32,000 nt of DNA. Origin: a bacterium. GTDB taxonomy: Bacteria; UBP7; UBA6624. Location of the stretch: NCBI GenBank assembly GCA_002716355.1, contig PBAU01000008.1, positions 1 through 32,000 of the forward strand, written 5' to 3'. The position numbers were made by a program, and so were the translations under genes. A model generated the notes under the pieces. That model had not been told where the DNA came from, searched no databases, and was given only the letters and a program-made list of their open reading frames with translations. Position 1 is the first letter of the stretch. The number at the start of each line of letters is the position of its first letter. Shown here piece by piece: positions 16,481-25,021 of the stretch.

Positions 16481-17170
16481 TCAAGAAAACAGCTCCTTTT
16501 CAAATAATTTCATCTTATGAATTACATCATTTTTGGAAGAGTTATAAAGAGCTCTTCCTATAACAAGCCAATTCGCACCATCGTCAATAGCATCCTTTGG
16601 GGTAGTAATTCTTTTTTGATCATCCGTTAAATCACCCTTGAATCGGACACCTGGAACCCAAATTTTGCAATTAGGAAAATTTGCTCTTATAACTTTGACC
16701 TCAGAGCCTGAACAAACAAAATTTTTCAAGCCAGCATCCCAGCTATAAGAAAGCATAAGGTTAAATGAATCACTAATTTTTTGTCCAGTAAAAGAATGCC
16801 AAGATCTTGAGGAAACGCTTGTGAGAACCCCTACTCCTATTGGACATAAAGAAGACCCTCCTCCTTCAACAGCTGCCGAAACCATATCCTTGCCTCCTGA
16901 CATATGTATTGTCATGTAATCAACATTCTGCTTAGAAAGAGATTTTGTAGCCAAAAAAACAGTATTAGGAATGTCATGAAGTTTCAAGTCAAGGAAAACA
17001 ATTTTATTTTTGTTTTTAATATAATCAATCACCCCAGGCCATTCATGAAATAGAACAGGTCCAACTTTAAAAGAACCCACCCATTCAGAAAAAAAATCAA
17101 TCCACTTGACCGCCTCTGATTGAGAACCAGTGTCAAGAGCTAATGAGATAGGAAAATTTTTACCAGACAT
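16481..17170 (-). CDS. pyrF: Orotidine 5'-phosphate decarboxylase
   Basis: It has the DLKLHDIPNTV motif, an N-terminal ISLALD and a C-terminal LVIGRALY. I prefer the ATG at 17170 (MSGKNFPISLALD) over the track start at 17236, which would overlap the upstream gene by 46 nt. Confidence 0.85.
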   Translation of the reverse strand: MSGKNFPISLALDTGSQSEAVKWIDFFSEWVGSFKVGPVLFHEWPGVIDYIKNKNKIVFLDLKLHDIPNTVFLATKSLSKQNVDYMTIHMSGGKDMVSAAVEGGGSSLCPIGVGVLTSVSSRSWHSFTGQKISDSFNLMLSYSWDAGLKNFVCSGSEVKVIRANFPNCKIWVPGVRFKGDLTDDQKRITTPKDAIDDGANWLVIGRALYNSSKNDVIHKMKLFEKELFS

Positions 17171-17190
17171 TTTTAAATAACAAAATTTTA

Positions 17191-17928
17191 TTACCTTTTT
17201 ACAATTAAACTCTTTACTTTCCGCGGATTGAAACACACAGAACCTAATGAAATATGGTTTGATCCTGCAGACATGTAAAGAGACACATCTTTAAAATTTT
17301 GAACACCTCCACCAGCAATTATTTCCAAATCATCCCCCCATCTACTACGTACAGTCTCTATTAAACCTAAAGCATAGGGTTTCAGGGATGGTCCAGAAAG
17401 CCCCCCACGGCCATCAACAGGAAGAGTATTACATAAATGTATTTGTTTAAACCCAACTTCATCAATCAAAAAACTAAGATCTTTCTCTTCTATGAGCGGA
17501 CTGACTTTTGCTATACACCATTTTCTTTTTTTGGAACCCAGAAATAAAGGTAAATCATCCCAATTAACATCGTCATCAGAAACATTAGGGCAACTTAAAT
17601 TAAACTCCAATGAAACACAATCATCAATCATTCGTGCCATCTTTTTCCAATCATCCTTTTTTATCGCAGCAATAGACAAAACCTCATTTGCTTGAAGTCT
17701 ATTCAAGCCAACTACCAAACCCTCATTTGGCAAACCCAGACGATTAGTCCAGCCTTTTAGTTCAGAGCTATAGCGAAGAGTTTTTGCAATTCTCCACAAT
17801 CTTGTAAGCCAACCTCCTCTGTAATCAAGAGTCCAAGTTCCAGTTACTGACACACAAGGATGAAAGACATCCTTATTTGAATACTTGAGATAATTGCCAA
17901 AAGGAGCTGCAATAAAATAATGCATCAC
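17191..17928 (-). CDS. Short dihydroorotate dehydrogenase-like flavoprotein (class-1-like motifs)
   Basis: 245 aa with DHOD motifs NRLGLPNEG, EFNLSCPNV (the Cys-containing class-1 form), GGLSGPSLKPYAL and IIAGGGV...GSNHISLG. It is about 50-60 aa shorter than typical class-1 PyrD and lies adjacent to pyrF. Confidence 0.6.
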   Translation of the reverse strand: MMHYFIAAPFGNYLKYSNKDVFHPCVSVTGTWTLDYRGGWLTRLWRIAKTLRYSSELKGWTNRLGLPNEGLVVGLNRLQANEVLSIAAIKKDDWKKMARMIDDCVSLEFNLSCPNVSDDDVNWDDLPLFLGSKKRKWCIAKVSPLIEEKDLSFLIDEVGFKQIHLCNTLPVDGRGGLSGPSLKPYALGLIETVRSRWGDDLEIIAGGGVQNFKDVSLYMSAGSNHISLGSVCFNPRKVKSLIVKR

Positions 17929-18105
17929 AAACTAACCAAACCTACAGAAGATACTTCTTGAACAGAATCAAAAATACAAAACAAACTAAAGTTGAAAGAA
18001 TAAGAAAAGGCTAAACTAAACAATTTCGTGCACCACGCTATTGTATTTTATTTTTTTGTTCTATAATTGTTTGGTTATCTCATAAGAGATAAAAAGGATA
18101 AAACT

Positions 18106-20913
18106 ATGATAAAAAAACTTATTTTCATTTCTTTAATAATTTCTCTATCTGTTTCTGCATGTAGTTCTGGAGGTTCAACCCCAGACAACAATGATGCAAT
18201 CAATTCTAGTGACGGTAGTCAGGTCATTATGTCTTTTGATCAAAATGCACAGAATGTGCAAGGCACTTTGTCGGTAACAGTTGAATATGATTCTTCGGTA
18301 ATCATTCCTAATGGAACAACTCCAGTTCTCAAGGTTGATCAGCTTCCTTGGACAAATCTAGAAAATTGTTCCTCGAATACAAATATATGGTGCACTCCAA
18401 ATAACGAACTAAACACAAACAATTTACCGAATGGTGAACATGAGATAGCTGTTGTTTTAACCTTTGATGATAGCTCATCCATAATTGATCTTGAAGATAT
18501 AACCGTAAACAATTTAACTCCAACTGCAGACCTGCAAATAACATCACCAACAACAAACGAAGTTATAAGGGGAAATGTTTCTATTCAGATTTCTTATCCT
18601 CAAGAACTTGGAAATGCAAATTCAATAACCTACCAAGTTGACAACACGCTTCTACAAAGCTGCAATGCAAGTGCAGATGTTTTTTGCATATGGGATTCAA
18701 CTGGCTCTGAACCAGGCATACACATAATTAAAGTACAAGCGGTTTTCTCTAATCACACAGTCTTATCGAGTGTTCCAGTTGTAATTGAATCGTCATCAAA
18801 TTCGGATGACCTTATCCCTCCAACAATAAACTGGATAAACCCCTCTTCTTCAAATGCACAAGTTTCTGGAATAATATCTTTACAGGTTGAAGCTACTGAT
18901 AATGTAGGTGTTAATTCAGTTACTTTCATGTCTCGAATACCAGGTGAAAACCCTGTCTCTTTAGGTGAAGGCATAAAGGAATTTGGTGACATCTGGACAA
19001 TACAGGTAGACACTACACAGACACCCGATAATGTTTATGAAATGATTGCAATAGCAACTGATTTATCAAATAATCCTAGAATGGAGCCTTTAAATGTTGT
19101 TGTTTCAAACTCAACTGGATCAGGAACTCCAAATATAGATCCGCCTTGCGTAAGAATAATTAATCCAGTTCTTCAAGAGTTTACCTGGGGTGCAAACACT
19201 TTTTACACAGTGCCTGATGTGTCAAACACAGTTTCTGTTCTTACAAAATCTCCTGTTCCCTCAGTGCCTGACACGCTTTATTCAGATTGTGGTGAAAATG
19301 TAGAGATTGACAAAATTGAATATTACCTTGATGGCGTTCTTCTTGGCCAAAGTTCTGCTGGAGCGGAAAGTTCTTGGGTTTTTTACTGGCCAACTACATT
19401 GCTGAACAATGGTTTGTATAACTTAACAGCGATAGCTTACGACACTGAAGGCAACCCTTCTTCTAGTCCAATTTGTGGTGGTACATTTATAAGCGCCGGT
19501 GAGCCTGAAGATTATTTTGCATGTGTCAAAGTAAGAGTTGACAACGGTACAGGTGATTTCATTCCTCCTGACGTAACGATACTTGGTAAACTCTCAGATG
19601 ATGGTACAACTATCGAGCCTTTACAAGGGGCCCAAATCGCAGGAAACCCAACACTTGTTGCCCAAGCAACAGACAATATTGGAATACAAAAAGTTGAGTT
19701 TATTGCAAATGGAGTTGTGATAGATGGATGTACAGATACAAACTTAAGCGATGGTCCAGACTTAGATGGAGATGGGTCTCCAGATCCTGGACTAGCAACC
19801 TGCCTATGGGATACAAGTTTTGAAAATGAAGGGGCAAAAGATTTAATTGCAAAAGCAACCGACACAAGCGGAAATACAGATTTCTCAGATGTTATTTCTG
19901 TAATACTGGTTGACGCAGTTCCTCCAACCTTAACAATGCGAGAATGTGTTCCTGCTGATGGAACAATAACCTGTTATGCAGGAGAGTATCAATTCTTGAA
20001 TCCGACATCTTTCTCCATAGGTTACCAAGCTGATGGATTTGACAACAATGCACCTCCACAACTAACAACATGGCAATGGTTAATGGGAGATGAGGCAAAT
20101 CCTGCAGACGGACCAACAAACCAAACAGGAACTCATACTTACACGACACTAGATCCAGCAGCACCGAACTTCTTAGTGGAAGTTGCAATCGTTAACGAAT
20201 CAGGTTTGCAAGACAATGAACTTGATGATGGAAGCAAATCGTTCTTTGTTGTTTATGCACCTAGAGAAATTTGGCCTTTGTCTGTCCCGCAAGATAGCCT
20301 GGACTGTAAATTAGATTGGCCTTCAGTATCTGATGATGCAACACCTGATTGCCCTGTTGGAAATGCTCTTTTTGCAACTGCTGGTGCACCAGTCGTAATA
20401 AGAAACATACACACAGCACTGCAAAGAACTGTACCTGACGACAAATTCAGAGGACAGGTTATAGTCATGCAATTCTTTACCAAGGATGAAACAACTGCTG
20501 TAAATGACATGAACAATCACTTCTTGCCTTATTTTGAATCATCAGGATTCCCTGCTTCAAGTGTTGAATTAATATCAATTGGCTTGAATAAAGATCCTGT
20601 ATCAGAAAACGATTCCTTCATAGGTGTTGATGACCTTGGTTCATGGCATACCGCAAATGGCTATAACTGGACATTTGTATGGGATGAAGACAATCTTCTT
20701 TTGGAACAATATAACGGCTTCTTTGAAGGTGGTGAAGGATGGGCTGGAGGTATTGAGCCTAGATATCTGATAATGGATAGAAACCATTTTGTAAGACTTG
20801 TTGATCAAGGTTCATTGGACGGAATCACTGGAGCTGGCGGATCTTTGGATGAGCTGCTTGAAACGTTGTGGCCATGTTTTGGAAATCCCAATTGTGTTAC
20901 TAGGTTAGATTAA
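18106..20913 (+). CDS. Large secreted lipoprotein with tandem Ig-like domains, a PKD-like domain and a C-terminal thioredoxin-fold-like domain
   Basis: I prefer the ATG at 18106 (AAGGA about 9 nt upstream) over the TTG at 18067. The signal peptide is MIKKLIFISLIISLSVSAC, with lipobox VSAC (Cys codon 18160-18162). There are at least five repeats of the form xVSGxISLxVxAxDNxGVxxVxF...WDT...G.H.I.A.A.D..GN. A PKD-like segment reads WQWLMGDE...GTHTYT. The C-terminus carries a Prx/TlpA-like motif, GQVIVMQFFTKDETTAV. Confidence 0.75.
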   Translation: MIKKLIFISLIISLSVSACSSGGSTPDNNDAINSSDGSQVIMSFDQNAQNVQGTLSVTVEYDSSVIIPNGTTPVLKVDQLPWTNLENCSSNTNIWCTPNNELNTNNLPNGEHEIAVVLTFDDSSSIIDLEDITVNNLTPTADLQITSPTTNEVIRGNVSIQISYPQELGNANSITYQVDNTLLQSCNASADVFCIWDSTGSEPGIHIIKVQAVFSNHTVLSSVPVVIESSSNSDDLIPPTINWINPSSSNAQVSGIISLQVEATDNVGVNSVTFMSRIPGENPVSLGEGIKEFGDIWTIQVDTTQTPDNVYEMIAIATDLSNNPRMEPLNVVVSNSTGSGTPNIDPPCVRIINPVLQEFTWGANTFYTVPDVSNTVSVLTKSPVPSVPDTLYSDCGENVEIDKIEYYLDGVLLGQSSAGAESSWVFYWPTTLLNNGLYNLTAIAYDTEGNPSSSPICGGTFISAGEPEDYFACVKVRVDNGTGDFIPPDVTILGKLSDDGTTIEPLQGAQIAGNPTLVAQATDNIGIQKVEFIANGVVIDGCTDTNLSDGPDLDGDGSPDPGLATCLWDTSFENEGAKDLIAKATDTSGNTDFSDVISVILVDAVPPTLTMRECVPADGTITCYAGEYQFLNPTSFSIGYQADGFDNNAPPQLTTWQWLMGDEANPADGPTNQTGTHTYTTLDPAAPNFLVEVAIVNESGLQDNELDDGSKSFFVVYAPREIWPLSVPQDSLDCKLDWPSVSDDATPDCPVGNALFATAGAPVVIRNIHTALQRTVPDDKFRGQVIVMQFFTKDETTAVNDMNNHFLPYFESSGFPASSVELISIGLNKDPVSENDSFIGVDDLGSWHTANGYNWTFVWDEDNLLLEQYNGFFEGGEGWAGGIEPRYLIMDRNHFVRLVDQGSLDGITGAGGSLDELLETLWPCFGNPNCVTRLD

Positions 20914-20919
20914 ATGTAT

Positions 20920-20950
20920 ATATGGATTGCCTATAGCAGGCAATCCATAT
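20920..20950. terminator. Hairpin between convergent genes (12-bp perfect stem, 7-nt loop); candidate bidirectional terminator
   Basis: atatggattgcc (20920-20931), loop tatagca, ggcaatccatat (20939-20950). It lies between the lipoprotein stop (20911-20913) and the Rieske gene stop, touching the latter's last base. There is no strong U-tract on either side. Confidence 0.5.
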
Positions 20951-22029
20951 TAATCCTTGTTGATAAAATCACTAATCAAACAATGGAAATGATGTACACC
21001 CTTTTCCATCTTTGGAGAAAATCTTCCATGTTCATAAAACCTTGAAAGAACACCTTTTTGAACACTTTCAACAATCTCTTCATCTTCAAGTTCAACTTTC
21101 TCCAAACTTGCACCAGCCCCCAAGTCCAATTTTTCTTCTTTCCAAACATATGATTTAAATTCAACTTTTGTCTTATTGACAGAGATAGGCTTAACAATAT
21201 TGATAGATAATCCCCAAGGGTAAAAATTCAACATGGTATTTGGGAACAACCAAAAATAATAAGCTGCTATATTTTTTCCATAATCAATAGAATCTTTCGG
21301 AAGATCAAAACAATCACTCTCATCTTTACCGACTCCAACCTGAAGGCTTGAATACGGAAATAACTCAATATGATAATCCTGATGTTTCAAAACTGCAGAA
21401 AGTCCCTTATGGACAAAAGGACAATGGAAACATTCAAGATAATTATCACAATACAAAGCCCAATTTGCATCCACTGTGTATTCTTTAGATAAATCTTCCC
21501 TATAAGAAAAATCCTCTATTGGCATCCACCCCACTCTTGCTTCAATATCATTCACCAAACGATCAAAAGAAAAAGAAGGCTCTAAAGAGGCAAAAATAAA
21601 CTGTTTCCATTTTTTTGTAGAAACTTTTGAAAGATTATCTCTCTCTGAAGGAAAATCCTGCATGTCTTTCGTTTCAGGCATAGACAAAAACTTGCCGCAT
21701 GAATCAAATCTCCTCCCATGGTATTTGCAAAATATGGATTTACCAATATTGCAAGGCTCTTCTAAAAGTAAATTTCCACGATGTGTACAGACATTTGAAA
21801 AACAATCTATATCCTTATTTTTTACAAGGAAAAGAGGCTCTTTTATAAAATCATCTAAAAATCTAAAAGGAAAAACATCTTTTTCCGATTTGATGTTTGA
21901 TTCATGGGTAACCAATTGCCAACTTTTCTCAAAAATATCTTTTTTTACTTTGAAAAAAAAATCTTCAGAGGAGTAGAAAGAACCTGGCAAGGTAAAAGCT
22001 TTTGTTATATCTTTATCAATCCTTTTCAT
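20950..22029 (-). CDS. Rieske [2Fe-2S] non-heme-iron oxygenase, alpha-subunit type
   Basis: 359 aa with Rieske ligands CTHRG ... CKYHGRRF. The mononuclear iron motif is DNYLECFHCPFVH. The size and layout resemble the choline/carnitine/betaine monooxygenase-like group. The substrate cannot be called. Confidence 0.8.
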   Translation of the reverse strand: MKRIDKDITKAFTLPGSFYSSEDFFFKVKKDIFEKSWQLVTHESNIKSEKDVFPFRFLDDFIKEPLFLVKNKDIDCFSNVCTHRGNLLLEEPCNIGKSIFCKYHGRRFDSCGKFLSMPETKDMQDFPSERDNLSKVSTKKWKQFIFASLEPSFSFDRLVNDIEARVGWMPIEDFSYREDLSKEYTVDANWALYCDNYLECFHCPFVHKGLSAVLKHQDYHIELFPYSSLQVGVGKDESDCFDLPKDSIDYGKNIAAYYFWLFPNTMLNFYPWGLSINIVKPISVNKTKVEFKSYVWKEEKLDLGAGASLEKVELEDEEIVESVQKGVLSRFYEHGRFSPKMEKGVHHFHCLISDFINKD

Positions 22030-22041
22030 AAAGGCGAAGAC

Positions 22042-22117
22042 TGGTGGAGACTGCGGGATTCGAACCCGCCACCTCCTGCTTGCAAAGCAGGCGCTCTACC
22101 GAATGAGCTAAGTCCCC
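22042..22117 (-). tRNA. tRNA-Ala (anticodon UGC), 76 nt with encoded CCA
   Basis: Folded by hand from GGGGACTTAGCTCATTCGGTAGAGCGCCTGCTTTGCAAGCAGGAGGTGGCGGGTTCGAATCCCGCAGTCTCCACCA. The 7-bp acceptor stem contains the G3:U70 alanine identity pair. Other elements are D stem GCTC/GAGC, anticodon stem CCTGC/GCAGG with loop TTTGCAA, T stem GCGGG/CCCGC with TTCGAAT, and discriminator A73. Confidence 0.95.
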
Positions 22118-22761
22118 GTTTGTTGACCGATTACGGATTCTAACCAAGTTTTGAACCATAGTCTCCCCATTCCAGCATCTGTCCTTTCTGGATGCCACTG
22201 AACAGCATTCCATAATCCGCTTTCACTAAGAAATGCTTCAATAAGGCCATCATCTGAATAAGCTGTGGCAAAAAGGCTTTCACCAAGAGTCCTTAAGCCT
22301 TGATGATGATGGCTTTTAACATAAAAATTACCATTTTCAGACTTAATCAAATGAATAGTATCAGTTGATTTTTCTACAGAATCATCTCTATGTATCTTCA
22401 AATCAAAATCCCCATCTTTTATATCTGCCCACAACTTACCACCACGAAAAACATTCATAACCTGAAAACCCCTACACACACCAAGTATTGGCTTGTTTTG
22501 TGAAAGAGCCTTATCGATAATGTCAAATTCAAGATCATCTCTGTCCTTTTTGACTCCATCAATCTTCTTTTCGGGATTTTTACACATGTATGCTCCCATC
22601 TCTACTGCCACATCTCCGCCGCCGCTTAAAACTATTAAAGGGTATTTTGAAACATCATTTGCATCCGTTATCCTCACAGCTCTCAAACCAAACTCCTCAA
22701 GCCATAAGGCATATTTGTCAAGATACTTATCGTCAGATAACGTTATTGCAACTTCAATCAT
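22108..22761 (-). CDS. Class I glutamine amidotransferase-like hydrolase (peptidase C26 / gamma-glutamyl-GABA hydrolase family)
   Basis: 217 aa with the nucleophile elbow GVCRGFQ and the His/Glu pair in QWHPE. It also has LSGGGD. The last 10 nt, including the TAG stop, overlap the 5' end of tRNA-Ala. Confidence 0.75.
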   Translation of the reverse strand: MIEVAITLSDDKYLDKYALWLEEFGLRAVRITDANDVSKYPLIVLSGGGDVAVEMGAYMCKNPEKKIDGVKKDRDDLEFDIIDKALSQNKPILGVCRGFQVMNVFRGGKLWADIKDGDFDLKIHRDDSVEKSTDTIHLIKSENGNFYVKSHHHQGLRTLGESLFATAYSDDGLIEAFLSESGLWNAVQWHPERTDAGMGRLWFKTWLESVIGQQTGT

Positions 22762-23018
22762 TTTTTCTTTGAATCTTTAGAAGGTATTTTTTTGTCTGGT
22801 TTTTTAGCGGGAGAGTTTTTTACTGAGGAACTGGAGCTCCTATTATCACTCACATAAAAACCACTACCCTTAAAGACAACTCCCATTCTTTTCGTGAACT
22901 GCTTTTCCCAATCTGGCTTATCGCATTTGGGACATCCTGCCTCAAGCTTTTGATTTGGGGAAACCAGGAATTCTTGAATATGTCCACAAGTGTTGCATTT
23001 GAAGTTAAAAAGAGGCAT
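22758..23018 (-). CDS. FmdB-family putative zinc-ribbon protein
   Basis: 86 aa. The N-terminus MPLFNFKCNTCGH ... CPKC ... FKGSGFY matches the FmdB/CxxC-x-CPxC zinc-ribbon pattern. The tail is Ser/Lys-rich. Confidence 0.75.
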   Translation of the reverse strand: MPLFNFKCNTCGHIQEFLVSPNQKLEAGCPKCDKPDWEKQFTKRMGVVFKGSGFYVSDNRSSSSSVKNSPAKKPDKKIPSKDSKKK

Positions 23019-23043
23019 GTTTGTTTTAAAAATTTCTTATCAT

Positions 23044-23424
23044 TTAAATTAGATCCTTGTCTTCATCAAGAAGATCGAAACCATAGTCCATATATTTTAC
23101 AATGGCACCCTTTTTGCCCTTTTCGTGCTTTTCCTTGTTGACGAGCTCTTTCATTATTGAAACGAACTTCTTCATTTCCCTTCTCAACTTCTTTTCCCTT
23201 CTTCTCATTTTCAAGACAATTTCAACACCAGCAAGATTGACTCCCATATCCCTAGTGAGAGTCATGATAGCCTTGATATCATCAACATCAGCATCAGTAT
23301 ACATCCTCGCTCTGCCTTTTCGTTTTGGAACTATTAAACCCTTAACTTCATAGTTTCTCAATGTTTGGGGATGAATGTTAAGCAATTCAGCAACAACACT
23401 TATTGGATAAAAGAGATCACTCAT
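23044..23424 (-). CDS. hspR: MerR-family heat-shock repressor HspR
   Basis: 126 aa with a MerR helix-turn-helix, [30 protein letters not shown]. It sits immediately downstream of dnaK-grpE-dnaJ and overlaps dnaJ by 4 nt, the classic hspR arrangement. Confidence 0.8.
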   Translation of the reverse strand: MSDLFYPISVVAELLNIHPQTLRNYEVKGLIVPKRKGRARMYTDADVDDIKAIMTLTRDMGVNLAGVEIVLKMRRREKKLRREMKKFVSIMKELVNKEKHEKGKKGAIVKYMDYGFDLLDEDKDLI

Positions 23425-24545
23425 CTTGGCCTCCTAAACCTGTCTTTTACTTTTGGCAATAAGGAATTTAATTTTTCAACAATTGTTTTGATGTTCTTGT
23501 TGATCCTGCCTACAGGATGTGCCCTGAGTCTTAAATTTAAATCACCCCTTCCATTTCCTCTTAACCTGGGAAAACCCTGCCCTTTAACCCTGATGATATC
23601 ACCATCTCTTGAGCCACCAGGAATCTTAACGTTGACCTTTCTTTCACCAGGAAGAACAATATCAAGACCTACACCTAAGAATAATTCAGGCATAGTCAAG
23701 ATTGCATCAACAATAAGATCATCTTCTTCTCTCAAAAAAAGCCTATCATTGTTTTCATTGACCACAACATAAAGATCTCCATTTGGACCACCTTTGATAC
23801 CGCTGTGACCTTTTTTAGTGTATCTAATCTTGCTACCACTTCTTATACCTGCAGGAATCTTTATTGAAATTTTTTCATTCCTGGCAACTCTTCCTTGGCC
23901 TCTGCAAGAAAAACAAGGATCATGTATCCTTCCCAAGCCTTGACATTTGCCACAAGTACTCTGCACTCTCATGAAACCCATGCTCCTAGTTATGTTTCCA
24001 GTTCCTTTGCACGTGTTGCATGTTTTCGGTGTTGTGTTTGGCTTTGTCCCAGAGCCTGAACATTCACCACATGTTGTGTATCTTTTAATCGTTATATCCT
24101 CTTCAACACCTGACTCAATCTCTTCAAAAGATAAATTTTTGCTGAAGACCAAATCCTCTCCCCTCCTAGAAGCACTCCTTCTTCTTGATTGAGATCTTCC
24201 AGAAAATCCACCACCAAAAAAAGTATCAAATATATCATCAATTCCTAAGTTTGAAAACATCTCTCCAAAATCTTCCATGTTGACTCCAGCTTGTGAGGCT
24301 GGACCACCAGGCTGGAAAGCAGCCATGCCATATTTATCATAAAGATCTTTTTTCTTTGAATCGGAAAGTATCTGATAAGCTTGTGATATTTTTTTAAATC
24401 TATCCTCAGCTTCAGGATCACCAGGGTTTACATCAGGATGATGTTTTCTTGCAAGTTTCCTGTAAGCTTTCTTGAGCTCTTTTTCAGTTGCATTTTGAGA
24501 AACACCTAATCTCTCATATAAATTATCGCTATTTATATTTGTCAA
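23421..24545 (-). CDS. dnaJ: Molecular chaperone DnaJ
   Basis: 374 aa. The J domain has the HPD motif ([18 protein letters not shown]), followed by a G/F-rich linker. There are four CxxCxGxG zinc-finger repeats: [24 protein letters not shown] and CFSCRGQG. Confidence 0.95.
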   Translation of the reverse strand: MTNINSDNLYERLGVSQNATEKELKKAYRKLARKHHPDVNPGDPEAEDRFKKISQAYQILSDSKKKDLYDKYGMAAFQPGGPASQAGVNMEDFGEMFSNLGIDDIFDTFFGGGFSGRSQSRRRSASRRGEDLVFSKNLSFEEIESGVEEDITIKRYTTCGECSGSGTKPNTTPKTCNTCKGTGNITRSMGFMRVQSTCGKCQGLGRIHDPCFSCRGQGRVARNEKISIKIPAGIRSGSKIRYTKKGHSGIKGGPNGDLYVVVNENNDRLFLREEDDLIVDAILTMPELFLGVGLDIVLPGERKVNVKIPGGSRDGDIIRVKGQGFPRLRGNGRGDLNLRLRAHPVGRINKNIKTIVEKLNSLLPKVKDRFRRPR

Positions 24546-25021
24546 ATCTTTCTTCCTTCTGAAATTTCAACCATCGCTGGCTTCAAAAGATTGCCGTCCA
24601 AAAGGTATCCCTTTCTTAAAATCTTAGAAACGTATTTCCCTTTCCCTTTTACAGCCTGGTGGAAAGAAGGATTAAACTCATCTGACTCAACCTCTTCAAC
24701 CCCTAAGCCTTTTAATCTATTTAACAACTCATCTCGTATCATCTCAAGCCCTTCACTGTCTTTTGAAAATTCTAGAGCACGTTCTAAAGATTCAATTGAA
24801 TCAATTAGAGCAAGGGCTCCATCAGTCTTACCTTTTCTAAAACTTTCCTTAATTTGGATGTCTTTTCTCCTAACAGCATTTGCCTCTTCAGATTTAACTG
24901 CAATGTATTTCTTTTGTGCATCCTTGGCTAAACCGAGAGCCCAAGCAAGGGCTTCATCGGTTTTAGCCTTATTCATCCACTGCTTAATTAAAACCTGAGG
25001 CTTTCTGAGGTTATTCTTCAC
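24542..25021 (-). CDS. grpE: Nucleotide exchange factor GrpE (short)
   Basis: 159 aa from the GTG at 25021, which overlaps the dnaK stop by 11 nt. An alternative ATG at 24976 gives 144 aa. GrpE motifs [10 protein letters not shown] and [17 protein letters not shown] are present. The start is uncertain. Confidence 0.8.
   Translation of the reverse strand: MKNNLRKPQVLIKQWMNKAKTDEALAWALGLAKDAQKKYIAVKSEEANAVRRKDIQIKESFRKGKTDGALALIDSIESLERALEFSKDSEGLEMIRDELLNRLKGLGVEEVESDEFNPSFHQAVKGKGKYVSKILRKGYLLDGNLLKPAMVEISEGRKI

Noticed and set aside
18067-18105. Track start (TTG at 18067) for the large lipoprotein
   Set aside because: The ATG at 18106 is preceded by AAGGA and begins a textbook lipoprotein signal peptide. 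The 13 extra residues (MFGYLIRDKKDKT) would place charged residues ahead of it. A possible TTGTAT-15 nt-TATAAT promoter (18041-18067) would also lie inside the longer ORF.
22042-22117. First impression that the tRNA might be tRNA-Cys, because GCA is visible in the plus-strand text
   Set aside because: The gene is on the minus strand. Folded correctly, the anticodon loop is TTTGCAA with anticodon UGC. The acceptor stem carries G3:U70, so it is tRNA-Ala.
21904-22213. ORFs of 79 aa (plus strand) and 65 aa (minus strand) spanning the tRNA region
   Set aside because: Both read straight through the tRNA-Ala gene, whose cloverleaf is unambiguous. They are artefacts of the open frame across structured RNA.
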